DNA from: a virus
Taxonomy: Duplodnaviria > Caudoviricetes
DNA: 64,000 bases
IMG/VR virus record: IMGVR_UViG_3300036987_000310
Location: 224,001-288,000 of that record
Direction: 5' to 3' (one strand)
The first letter of the stretch is position 1. The number at the start of each line of letters is the position of its first letter. The notes under the pieces are model-generated. The model did not search any database and had not been told where the DNA came from. It was given only the letters and a program-made list of their open reading frames with translations. Below, piece by piece: positions 53,878 to 63,001 of the stretch. Position numbers and translations under genes: made by a program.

Positions 53878-54444
53878 ATGTTCAACATACAACAAAGAAT
53901 GTCTGCTCTTGGTGTCTTCCATCTCAAAGCGTTGCATACGTTTTCCGGAGTTCCAGAAGACTTTAGACCGTGGGAATGCGGTTTGTCTCCATCTGCGTTA
54001 TATAATTGTTCTTTGACATGTAGAAAACAAATGGGAGTGAAGACTCCGGAAGTCAAATGGATGAGCATAAAACGGTGGGTTACGACGACTCCAGGAGGAA
54101 TACATCTTCCACCGGGGGTTTTCTTTTCCATCAAAAGAAAGGAAAAGTTTACGGCCTTGCCGAAGGCACATTTTGAGAAAAAAGAGTTTGTTCTGCTGAT
54201 GTTTCCGTACGGGAACGTGTGGAGTCAAAAAGAACTGGATGTTCCCATCGACGAAGAGTGGATGTTTTCCGAAAGTGATGGAATGACAATTTTGGAATTG
54301 TTAATGAGGAAAGATGCGGCTCATCCCGTCCGTGGCTATTTCAAGTCATGTTTCGAATATATGGAAAACAATCAAGATCAACTGTGGATACACATGAAGA
54401 GGCGTAGAAAAGAAGTTATCCCTGTTGAATCTTCAACCAACTGA
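53878..54444 (+). CDS. hypothetical protein (start uncertain)
   Basis: ORF. Confidence 0.5.
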   Translation: MFNIQQRMSALGVFHLKALHTFSGVPEDFRPWECGLSPSALYNCSLTCRKQMGVKTPEVKWMSIKRWVTTTPGGIHLPPGVFFSIKRKEKFTALPKAHFEKKEFVLLMFPYGNVWSQKELDVPIDEEWMFSESDGMTILELLMRKDAAHPVRGYFKSCFEYMENNQDQLWIHMKRRRKEVIPVESSTN

Positions 54445-54703
54445 GAACGGACAAAAGCCTTGCTTCCTGTTCAACCTTCAAGTCCACATCCTCTCTGCCG
54501 GATATGGCAGGAAGTGTCACAGTTACGTTTGTTTCAAATTCTTTGACCTCGACTGAAACAATTTTTATGGATTCCACTTTGTGTGGACCTACGTATGCTT
54601 GCATGGAACATGGCCATGGCCCGGGTCCGATCACTATTGTGAGCGTTTCGTCTGCAAACACTCTTGGGGGATTCATTTTTTCTTTGAAGCAAACAAAGTG
54701 CAC
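54416..54703 (-). CDS. hypothetical protein
   Basis: ORF; similar layout to 54673-54963; ends WLKIQQG*. Confidence 0.6.
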   Translation of the reverse strand: MHFVCFKEKMNPPRVFADETLTIVIGPGPWPCSMQAYVGPHKVESIKIVSVEVKEFETNVTVTLPAISGREDVDLKVEQEARLLSVLSWLKIQQG

Positions 54704-54963
54704 TTTAGCCCAGGAACCCGGCTCAAAAGTTTGAAATAACCCTCTGCTTCGGTTTTCACGCTGGGGTCCACAAGGTCTGGTTGAAGTCCGCGAAGCATGT
54801 CCATTGAGATGGCTGGCAAGAAATCGTCGGAGTCAAGATCGATTCTGAGCTTATTGACAAACCCTATCTGCTCAGAATCGACAAAAATCTTGGTGACTGG
54901 CGTAATGACGCCAGACTCAGACACGGTTATCGACAGTTTTATCTCAAATTCGACTGGTTGCAT
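54673..54963 (-). CDS. hypothetical protein
   Basis: ORF. Confidence 0.6.
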   Translation of the reverse strand: MQPVEFEIKLSITVSESGVITPVTKIFVDSEQIGFVNKLRIDLDSDDFLPAISMDMLRGLQPDLVDPSVKTEAEGYFKLLSRVPGLKCTLFASKKK

Positions 54964-55056
54964 GCTTTATTGTCCTTGTGGTCCTTGTTACCACATGCAC
55001 TTTTCGGCGCATGCGCCATTGATGAACTGCTTGTTTCTCATTTTACCCTGCCGGTG

Positions 55057-56241
55057 TTACAGCAGACTTATCATGTCGTCATGATCTGCTCCGGTGCCAA
55101 TAAGAACCACCGGTATGTTCGCTGTCTCTTCGATTTTATCGATCATCGCCCTCGTTTCAACTGAGAGCTTGTTGAACGCTTCTCGCCCGCCACGCAGCCC
55201 GTTGTCGTGCCAGTTTAAATATTGCACAAAATTCAAAATCAGCTTCGTAGCCCCGTTTGTGGCGACCGCGTCTTCCAGTCCTGTCCACGAGAAGGTGCAC
55301 ACCCGTCTGACACGTTTCGTTACAGTAGTTTTTTCACGCTCTATGAGACTGCTAACTTCACTGTCTGGCATTCCGGCTTGTTTGGCTATCTGCCCCCAAG
55401 TCAATTCTTTACAGTCAGGATAGAAGTCCCCTGAATATCCAAGTTGCACACCATCTTCTTCAACATTCCCTACGCGAATGCCGAAGGTGCGGAGATTCAG
55501 ATAAACATCCCCAACATCCCTTGCCGGAATTGCCATATCATCCATGGCCTTTTGTGCCGTGCAATTCCTTGAAGTGCAGTGTGGGTAGCTCGAGCCATGA
55601 TCAATGGACAGGGCGTATCCCTGAGATCCTTCGTGCAGCCAGGTGTTTCCTTGTCGGATCATCTGTTGAACGCTTGACCTGAAGTGCGAGCCGTCGAGAA
55701 TGCGGACACAAGACGCAAACTCCTCTAGATCTACTTCCGTTCCTGTCCATTCCTCAACAGACCTCGACCCAGCAAGAAGAACTGATTCCTTCCTAAGGAT
55801 TTTATCCACCATTGCTGCGGAGCACCCCTGCATGGTGGACGCAATATGTTTTGTAGATCCAGGGCCGGTTTTTTCCATTTCGGCGTGGCTGGGAGTGACC
55901 ATGGAAGCTCTAGAGTGAATTGCGACGTTTGGCTTGCCAGTTTGGATCCACTCCGTAATGAGTCGGCTCCAATGTTCGCTGTCGGTTATGGTGATCCCAG
56001 AAGCTGGCGACAACCACCCCATGATGTCCAAAGCTTTAGCCTGTCTGAGCGCCAGAGCCGTAGGGAGGGTCTTTGCCACAAATTTATAGTTTTCGCTTTG
56101 AAAAGTGTGTCCAGCATTCGGAAAATTCGACGACGAGACGTTGTTCACACAGAATTTGTCAACAAGCCATGCCGAAACCTTTCCTTTTCCAGAACTACCC
56201 CACATTGCGTCCAACAGTATGTTAAATTTTCCTTGTTGCAT
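55057..56241 (-). CDS. purZ: adenylosuccinate synthetase homologue with PurZ signatures
   Basis: DAMWGSSGKGK (Ser where PurA has Asp), NFPNAGHT, EGSQGYALS, YPHCTSR, RTFGIRVGN, TTVTKRVRR, LNFVQY. Confidence 0.8.
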   Translation of the reverse strand: MQQGKFNILLDAMWGSSGKGKVSAWLVDKFCVNNVSSSNFPNAGHTFQSENYKFVAKTLPTALALRQAKALDIMGWLSPASGITITDSEHWSRLITEWIQTGKPNVAIHSRASMVTPSHAEMEKTGPGSTKHIASTMQGCSAAMVDKILRKESVLLAGSRSVEEWTGTEVDLEEFASCVRILDGSHFRSSVQQMIRQGNTWLHEGSQGYALSIDHGSSYPHCTSRNCTAQKAMDDMAIPARDVGDVYLNLRTFGIRVGNVEEDGVQLGYSGDFYPDCKELTWGQIAKQAGMPDSEVSSLIEREKTTVTKRVRRVCTFSWTGLEDAVATNGATKLILNFVQYLNWHDNGLRGGREAFNKLSVETRAMIDKIEETANIPVVLIGTGADHDDMISLL

Positions 56242-56242
56242 A

Positions 56243-56536
56243 TCACTCCTCTGGGGAAAACAAAATGCGCCCTTGATACTCTTTTACGTTTGTCAGACCG
56301 GTTGACTCAATGTCTTCTCCGTTCGGATTGAAGACAGCAAACACAAGCTCTCCATTCCCCAAGATGCCATTATGCTGTTCTGACACCTTTCCGATAAAAA
56401 TCTCGAGGGGCAAGTTGGTTCGGACCTTTAAGATCTCTGGACGATCGGCCACCCACCCGTTGGAGTTCAGATGGAGGGTTCCTGGGGGAGCTTCATATGA
56501 CTTATCAATCTGGATCACTGCAATTTTCATCTTCAA
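56243..56536 (-). CDS. hypothetical protein
   Basis: Directly upstream of and co-oriented with purZ. Confidence 0.6.
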   Translation of the reverse strand: MKMKIAVIQIDKSYEAPPGTLHLNSNGWVADRPEILKVRTNLPLEIFIGKVSEQHNGILGNGELVFAVFNPNGEDIESTGLTNVKEYQGRILFSPEE

Positions 56537-57449
56537 ACACTTCCGATTCTACCGAGGAGATGCGAATGAGGTTTTTCGTCCTCGCTATTTTTCCGAGGTC
56601 TTTCATTTCCAAATATCGAGCTATTCGAAAATTTGGATGTGATGGGTACCCAAAAGCAGCGAGTCTGGCTCCTTGAACTTCCTTAGGAGAGTACATGCGA
56701 CCAACTAGTTGGAGTTGTCTTCTCTTGTTAACGCGGTTCGCCCACCTCATTTCCAGTCTTCGCCTGATTGCCTTTTCTGTCACAAACATGACCCGGATTG
56801 TCATATCTGACGGTATTTTTCCGTTAACTCTCAGAGACACTCTACAAACGTAGTCGCAAGCCAGAGCGAACGCCTCCTGATATGAGTCTGCCCGTATCAG
56901 GACATGCGCCATTTTAAACCTAGGGGGCAGAATGACTCTCCATATTTTTGTTTCCTCGGTCACGCCAGCTTTCGGTCCAAGCAACTTCTCCAGAGTTTCT
57001 TTCCTGTAGCTCGGAAACGCTATACTCATTGCTGCATCATATAACTGTTCAAACCTTGTTTTTCCAACTTCAGACGATGGTGCTGGAATCGAATCAAGCA
57101 ACTCGATGGGAATGGTGTTGTTGACGAGCATGAGTTTCAAAAGAGAAGATAGGTACTGCTTTTCTTTCAATCCTCTGAACCGTTTAACGCATTTTTCTAC
57201 CGCGAGTGAAATCTTCTCCATGTCAATGCGGACAGTGCCGCCTTTTTGTCTCTTGGAATCGATCATGCTTCTCACCTGTAGAGTGTCATGCGATGTGTAG
57301 ACTGAGAGAACATACATGACAGTACGATGCATGCCTGTTCTCTGCGGTGCTTTGTTTTTTGAACCAAGAAAACATTGTGCCGATCTGGAAAGACAGAGGC
57401 ATGACCCGAAAGATCGGAGCAAAAAGGACTGTCCAGCACTTCGGTTCAC
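56505..57449 (-). CDS. basic hypothetical protein (true start probably further in)
   Basis: ORF. Confidence 0.65.
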   Translation of the reverse strand: MNRSAGQSFLLRSFGSCLCLSRSAQCFLGSKNKAPQRTGMHRTVMYVLSVYTSHDTLQVRSMIDSKRQKGGTVRIDMEKISLAVEKCVKRFRGLKEKQYLSSLLKLMLVNNTIPIELLDSIPAPSSEVGKTRFEQLYDAAMSIAFPSYRKETLEKLLGPKAGVTEETKIWRVILPPRFKMAHVLIRADSYQEAFALACDYVCRVSLRVNGKIPSDMTIRVMFVTEKAIRRRLEMRWANRVNKRRQLQLVGRMYSPKEVQGARLAAFGYPSHPNFRIARYLEMKDLGKIARTKNLIRISSVESEVFEDENCSDPD

Positions 57450-57608
57450 AGAAGTGCTGAACTACAACGAGTAGCCGGATCAAATCCGTAGCCCCTCGTT
57501 GGGATTTTTTCTTGCTTTTTTCTCCTTTCGATCTGCACTATTGTTAATCAATTCAATGGCAGTGAGAATGTTCCACGAGCAGAGACAGAGACGGATGAGG
57601 AAGAGTGA

Positions 57609-57851
57609 ATGCGCACGTTTTTGATTTTCCAAGACTTGCCAATGCATGTCGAATACAGGGTGGACGACATGCAGATGATTCCCGAAGGAACGGAGATTCA
57701 TTTCAAAATAGAACTTAAGCACCCTCGCGATCCAAAGAGAATTCGAAACGTGGACGGCCCTTATTTGGTTGTAAAAAGGCGGCTCATTTTTTCGTCAGAA
57801 AAATCTAGTGCTCGGGGACTTACTCAGTATCTTGAGTTGGATGCTGTGTAA
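57609..57851 (+). CDS. small hypothetical protein
   Basis: SD GAGGA. Confidence 0.6.
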   Translation: MRTFLIFQDLPMHVEYRVDDMQMIPEGTEIHFKIELKHPRDPKRIRNVDGPYLVVKRRLIFSSEKSSARGLTQYLELDAV

Positions 57852-57938
57852 AATGACAATACATTACAGTTCATGTAATGCCATAAGTAGAACTGTAATG
57901 GAGTTCAAGTCTCGAGTTTAACAAGATTGGAGGACAAC

Positions 57939-58931
57939 ATGAAGAGATACACTCTCCATGTGTTTGTGGTGACTTTTGTTGTTTTTGCGTTTTCTTGTTT
58001 GTCAGCTAATGCTGGCGGTCCAGGCATGCCTGGAGGAAACGTAGCTGAAACAGCTCCTGAACCGGATGTTTCCGGTGACGCGACTCCTGCCCGTCAACCG
58101 AGTGTTTTTGATGTTCAACAATGGGCAGTTGAACGAATGGTCGCATGGTCAAAGCCCGGCGTCACTCTACACCCTCCTGCTATGGAGTCGTTTGAAGAGG
58201 GGAAAGCAAGATATGGGTTGATAGCGAACGCAGTGTTCCAGGCAGTTGTTCAAAACAAACCGGTCTTCAGCGGGTCAAAAGCTCGTGTTAGAACAGCTGC
58301 CTTAATACTAGCTGTGTCCATGTTTGAAAGTGCATATAGAAAAGACGTCGACATGAACCTCGGAAAAGAAGGTCGGGGCGACAACGGTCGTTCTTGGTGT
58401 CTGATGCAAATTCAGCTCGGATCTCCCATATGGATCGACTCTTCTGGAAAGCGAGTAAACCTTGTTCAAGTCTGCACTGAAGAGGTGTCCGACAGCGGGA
58501 AAATAGTTAAAAACTGCAGATACGACCCGCCTCTTGGCGCTGTTGCATCGACGCCTTCTCGCGTTGTTTTTGTCGGGGATGGTTACGAGATTACTTCAGA
58601 TCAAACTCGCGGCTATAGTGGTCAAGATTTGGTTTCAGATAGAGAGTTGTGTTTTTCCACGGGTCTTCGGATTATGAGAAGGTCTTTTTCAGCATGCAAA
58701 AACCTTCCTCTTTCTGATAGGTTGAGCGCGTATGCGTCAGGTAACTGCGAGAATGGAAGAGAAGCCTCGAGGAGGCGCATGGCTGTGGCAATCAGATGGA
58801 TGGCACAGCATCCTTCTCCGGTAAACGATGATCAGCTCGTTCGGCTTTTTTCCACCCGTTCCGTAAATGTTCCACCTGCCCCGAGGGAATCGTCAGAAAA
58901 GACATCAGAAAGCATTGCGCTTTTGCCGTGA
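57939..58931 (+). CDS. exported lytic transglycosylase (SLT/lysozyme-like) protein
   Basis: Signal peptide/TM; AVSMFES, SWCLMQI, LSAYASG. Confidence 0.65.
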   Translation: MKRYTLHVFVVTFVVFAFSCLSANAGGPGMPGGNVAETAPEPDVSGDATPARQPSVFDVQQWAVERMVAWSKPGVTLHPPAMESFEEGKARYGLIANAVFQAVVQNKPVFSGSKARVRTAALILAVSMFESAYRKDVDMNLGKEGRGDNGRSWCLMQIQLGSPIWIDSSGKRVNLVQVCTEEVSDSGKIVKNCRYDPPLGAVASTPSRVVFVGDGYEITSDQTRGYSGQDLVSDRELCFSTGLRIMRRSFSACKNLPLSDRLSAYASGNCENGREASRRRMAVAIRWMAQHPSPVNDDQLVRLFSTRSVNVPPAPRESSEKTSESIALLP

Positions 58932-59026
58932 TCGTGGTATGTTTGTCTGAGCGTAGGGGGCGTAAACTCGTCCCCTTGGTCGGTACCCGGTAAGTCGGCA
59001 CGTCGAGTGCCGCATGGAGGCAAGAC

Positions 59027-60556
59027 ATGGACGGTTCTTTATGGGAGAGGGTTGACGGGTCTCTATGGAGAGAAGTCAAAATCCCGACAAACCACGAATT
59101 CTTGCAAAAATATCACCAATGGATATACAGGAAGGTATCTGATCGTTTCCGGCGCGACAAGGATCGCGTTCAAGACACAGTCCAAAACGTCAGGGTTAGA
59201 CTTCTTCAAAAAGACTTCATCGGAAGATGGTTTTTCAAGCATTTGACCCACGAGCTGGTTGATAGAACTCAAGCAGAGTTTGTGCTGGGAAACAACATAA
59301 AACTCAAGTTCATATCCGCAGTCAGCCCAGTCGTGGGAACTCGTGGCCAGATTGACTCTTTGTGGAGAGTGTCTGACCTGCTTGAGTATGCGAAGTTCAA
59401 TCGAGAAAGATACTTTTATTCGGTGCAGGGGCACACTATCAACTCCGACACCACGCTAAAGCTTTTAGGATACCCTCCCGGAAGCTACAATGCTTTGAAG
59501 TCCTTGTATAAGCAAGGACGTCTGAAGCCTTCTGAACTTACTGGACACGAATGCTCAGAGTCTTTGCTCACGGCTCTTCCTGTCAACGGGCTGTGCTCTG
59601 AGCCAGGATGTGGCAAAAAGCATTTCAGTCGCGGGTTTTGCACCAAGCATTATGGGAGGCGTCTCAAAGACAGGTGTCCGATTTGCGATAGAGGTAGAGC
59701 TTCGTTGCGATCCAAGGGCCTGTCTCTTGCTGACGATTGGATGAAATCTTCGCATGCGGCTGCACTTCGATGGGACGATTCGCAGCTCAAGTCGTTTCTG
59801 AGGCGTTGGCGCGGGCAAAACATGATCAGCTCTGTTCCGCAAAGAATAGTGCGGCCGGATGGGCAAACCGGCCCGTATAAGGGGATTGAAGCTGGTTTGT
59901 TGAAGTATGCATGGAATCTCATCAACAACGAGGTCATCAACGACTTTAAACGCATGACTCGCACCATGGACATGACCTGCATGGTGTTTAACGACGGTGT
60001 GTCCCCGGACGCTGATGGGTCTGACGCGGTTGTATGGGAGCTTGACGATGACGGGATGAAAACTCAGATGGTTGTGAAGGACTCGTCCTCCATGGACGAA
60101 TTTTTTGCTTCCGAGAACGGGTTTGACATCATGTCCATGGTCCGACGCGCCAACTTGTCAGATAACGAGATCGATGTCATAATGCAGGTTGACCTGTTAG
60201 AAGAAAACGTGCGCAAATACGCTGATGCTATTGGAGAGTCCACTGCTCGCGTTCATCGCACGAGAAGTTCGGCTCTTGAGAAAATGCGGCATGTTGATGT
60301 TTCGGACGCTGTGCTGATTGACATGGTGGAAAATGTGTGTCAAAAGCACGAGTGTAACTCTGACGACATGTTTGGGAACTCCCGCGTCGGCCCATGCGTT
60401 CTGGCCAGAACCGAGTTCTTTTACAAGCTGTCGAAGCTAGGGTTGTCCGTTGAAGAAATGTCTGCCCGAACCGGGGTATCTGTTGATCGTGTTTCGTCTT
60501 CTGTGGGTCGGGGGGAGCTTCGACAGAAGGCGTGCGAAGGGGCATTAGTTCAATAG
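59027..60556 (+). CDS. ECF-like sigma factor with a large insertion in region 2 and a DnaA-C-like HTH tail
   Basis: KYHQWIYRKV..RVQDTVQNVRVRLL; LLKYAWNLINNEVINDFKR; LSDNEIDVI..YADAIGESTARVHRTRSSALEKMR; SRVGPCVLARTEFFY.L..LGLSVEEM. Confidence 0.65.
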   Translation: MDGSLWERVDGSLWREVKIPTNHEFLQKYHQWIYRKVSDRFRRDKDRVQDTVQNVRVRLLQKDFIGRWFFKHLTHELVDRTQAEFVLGNNIKLKFISAVSPVVGTRGQIDSLWRVSDLLEYAKFNRERYFYSVQGHTINSDTTLKLLGYPPGSYNALKSLYKQGRLKPSELTGHECSESLLTALPVNGLCSEPGCGKKHFSRGFCTKHYGRRLKDRCPICDRGRASLRSKGLSLADDWMKSSHAAALRWDDSQLKSFLRRWRGQNMISSVPQRIVRPDGQTGPYKGIEAGLLKYAWNLINNEVINDFKRMTRTMDMTCMVFNDGVSPDADGSDAVVWELDDDGMKTQMVVKDSSSMDEFFASENGFDIMSMVRRANLSDNEIDVIMQVDLLEENVRKYADAIGESTARVHRTRSSALEKMRHVDVSDAVLIDMVENVCQKHECNSDDMFGNSRVGPCVLARTEFFYKLSKLGLSVEEMSARTGVSVDRVSSSVGRGELRQKACEGALVQ

Positions 60557-60568
60557 CCCTTTAGTTGC

Positions 60569-62233
60569 ATGGTGAACACAGCCATGCGCACACATCTGTC
60601 TGCCAGCACCAGGTTCATACTAGCGGTTCTGCGTTTGAGCGCAGACATTGCTGAGGGTTTCGGACAGGCTGTCCTCGATATCCTCTCCAAGCAGTATCCA
60701 GAGATGAAGGAGGAAATGGCGGAGGATCCGCAGTACGCGGAAAACCCTGCCGCTTCCATCGGACATAAGCTTGTTGCCATAGCAAGAAAACAGCTTCAAT
60801 ATAATGAGCAGGATGCATACGACGCCATCCAGGACATGCTCGTCTATATTGTGACAAGTAAGTTTGACTTCAAGGCAGAAACAAAGAAGGGGAAGCCTGG
60901 GGCGTCTACTTGGAAGAAAGCGTTGAGTAACATCTACGCAAATCTCCACGCCAAGGCCATGTCTCACTCGTTCAAGAAGTTCAAATCTGGAAAGCATACG
61001 GACGAAGAAGTTTACGCGGACATGCTGTGGCGCAGAAATCAAGCGTTGAGCGGCAATGTGAGGTATACCTGGACTGACAAAGACGACGACGATTTCGTGG
61101 ACGTCGGAAAGCGTCTAATTAACAAAGGTGTTGATCTGAAGGCTATTGTTCCGACGAAGCTTCGTCGCAAGAATGTTCGAGACAAGTCCATAGACGAGGC
61201 TTTCGGAAAGCGCGGCGAAGAGGGAGGAGCCCCCGAAGGCGGTCTCGGACGAATGCCTCAAGACTTGGATACGGCCGAAGGAATGCCGCTTGATGAGAAA
61301 GCCGCTAAGAAGAGTTTCTTGGATGCTTTGGACCAGTTGATCCCGGATCTTAAACGAAGTCTTCCACTGACAAACGACAATCTTCCTGCTCAAAAGATGC
61401 TGTTTGATTTCATCTTTGACGAAGACGGCTCCGGAACTTTTTTGCCTGACATCAAAGCCAACATGGGCCAGGCCACGGATTTTCGGAATTATTTGGAAGA
61501 AATATCTACACGTGCTGGCCCGAACGCCAAAGAAGCTAAAGAAATTCTGAAGAGATACGGAAAGCGGTGGTCCGGATTCGTTGGGGATACCCGAACCAGG
61601 TTAATGAAGTCAATTCAAAACTTTGTCGAGGAATATCTCCCGGAACACGAGTATGAACAGTTGTGGAATGCGTTCTACTCCGACGTCACCCCGCAGGCTG
61701 CGGAAAAGATTCAAACTAAAAGAAATATTGAGCAACTCAGCTATCTTAGAAATGTTGATCTTCGAAAGCTCTTGCGTATGGAAGAAAGGCAGAAGCTTGG
61801 GCTTTTGTCTGACAAGGAGACGAAGGACAGGTCCAGCCTTCGTCAGCGTTTGCTGAAAGACGTAGCAAACGAAAACGCTGAGTACCAGCAAGATCTTGAA
61901 AGATATAAGAAGAGAATGATAACTTATCTGGAGAAGCAGTCAAAATATTCTGACTTGCCTCCTGAGAAGCAGCCAAAGCTCCCAATAAAACGTCCTGTCA
62001 GGCCTCAGAAGCCTCTGTCTCTCGATGAACAACTGAAAACCGTCATGGCAGAAGACGGTGGAAAAATTAAGCAGGAAGTTGAAGAAGAGTTCAAGATCAA
62101 ATTGGACCAGGACCAAAAAAATAAAGAGGAAGTGGAACTCTCCGAGTCTTTGGCTGAAGAAGCCAACGCTGAGGTCGATATTAGACACGGTGTTGCGGCT
62201 TTCTTCAAACGTTTTCTGCCAGAATTTTCTTGA
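60569..62233 (+). CDS. large hypothetical protein with a sigma-region-2-like segment and a charged coiled-coil tail
   Basis: IARKQLQYNEQDAYDAIQDMLVYI..TW..ALSNIYANL. Confidence 0.75.
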   Translation: MVNTAMRTHLSASTRFILAVLRLSADIAEGFGQAVLDILSKQYPEMKEEMAEDPQYAENPAASIGHKLVAIARKQLQYNEQDAYDAIQDMLVYIVTSKFDFKAETKKGKPGASTWKKALSNIYANLHAKAMSHSFKKFKSGKHTDEEVYADMLWRRNQALSGNVRYTWTDKDDDDFVDVGKRLINKGVDLKAIVPTKLRRKNVRDKSIDEAFGKRGEEGGAPEGGLGRMPQDLDTAEGMPLDEKAAKKSFLDALDQLIPDLKRSLPLTNDNLPAQKMLFDFIFDEDGSGTFLPDIKANMGQATDFRNYLEEISTRAGPNAKEAKEILKRYGKRWSGFVGDTRTRLMKSIQNFVEEYLPEHEYEQLWNAFYSDVTPQAAEKIQTKRNIEQLSYLRNVDLRKLLRMEERQKLGLLSDKETKDRSSLRQRLLKDVANENAEYQQDLERYKKRMITYLEKQSKYSDLPPEKQPKLPIKRPVRPQKPLSLDEQLKTVMAEDGGKIKQEVEEEFKIKLDQDQKNKEEVELSESLAEEANAEVDIRHGVAAFFKRFLPEFS

Positions 62234-62559
62234 TGGACTCAATTCTTGGCGATTCGTTTATGAATGGTCGCCGGCTTCGCCCGGCGACCCTTGAATATGC
62301 GTTGGAAAACTATCCTAGAATTATCGCGTACATAAAGCTCGGGAAATTGTCAATAACCGCCCCTCATTCGTGTGATGGGAATGATGTTGTGGAGATGCGT
62401 GGTGTCGCATCTCCTCTCTACCGCATCGTCATGACGAGGGGAGACTTCGACAAGTGCATTTCAATTGCAAAGCTTATGACGATACCCTTGTTTCCTTCTG
62501 ACACGGAAAAAGATTGGATGGATAGGGCCTCTGCTCACGTACGAAATATGTTCGGATGA
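62233..62559 (+). CDS. hypothetical protein
   Basis: TGATG coupling. Confidence 0.6.
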   Translation: MDSILGDSFMNGRRLRPATLEYALENYPRIIAYIKLGKLSITAPHSCDGNDVVEMRGVASPLYRIVMTRGDFDKCISIAKLMTIPLFPSDTEKDWMDRASAHVRNMFG

Positions 62560-62570
62560 AGTAACGTTTG

Positions 62571-62777
62571 TTCATGGAAGATAAAGAGAAACCGGTTGTT
62601 CTGGTTAAATGTCGCAGGGGTCAAGACACCACTACGCATGGTCAGGAATGTTCAAGCATGCAGGCGTACAATATGTCTTCTCCGGGAGACACAATTGTTC
62701 GGTTTAAATGCTCGAAGTGCGGGTATACGTGGTCAACGCCGGTTGGCGGACAGCTAAACTTGCCTCCTGGGGTTTGA
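62571..62777 (+). CDS. Zn-ribbon protein
   Basis: KC..C..KCSKCGYTW. Confidence 0.7.
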   Translation, partial: FMEDKEKPVVLVKCRRGQDTTTHGQECSSMQAYNMSSPGDTIVRFKCSKCGYTWSTPVGGQLNLPPGV

Positions 62778-63001
62778 TGACCACATTTTGTCCCCGTTGT
62801 TTTAAACCGCTGGAACCTTTCGGGCAAATAAACAGAATGATTTGCCAAGAGTGTCGATGTATATTCGACGTTAAAATCACTGTTGAGCTTGTAGAGGTTT
62901 TTCATGCAGAGAACGCGGGGCGAATTGGAACGAGAAATCCTGCAGGCGGTCTCCTGCCCTCCGGCGAGAATAGTGGTGGAGGGACCGAGAAAGACCGGTA
63001 A
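62777..63001 (+). CDS. Zn-ribbon protein
   Basis: TGATG coupling; CPRC..CQEC. Confidence 0.55.
   Translation: MTTFCPRCFKPLEPFGQINRMICQECRCIFDVKITVELVEVFHAENAGRIGTRNPAGGLLPSGENSGGGTEKDR

Noticed and set aside
49329-60556. Inteins in the enlarged dNMP kinase, ThyX or sigma-like protein
   Set aside because: No C/S-start and HN-C/S/T junction motifs and no LAGLIDADG blocks were seen.
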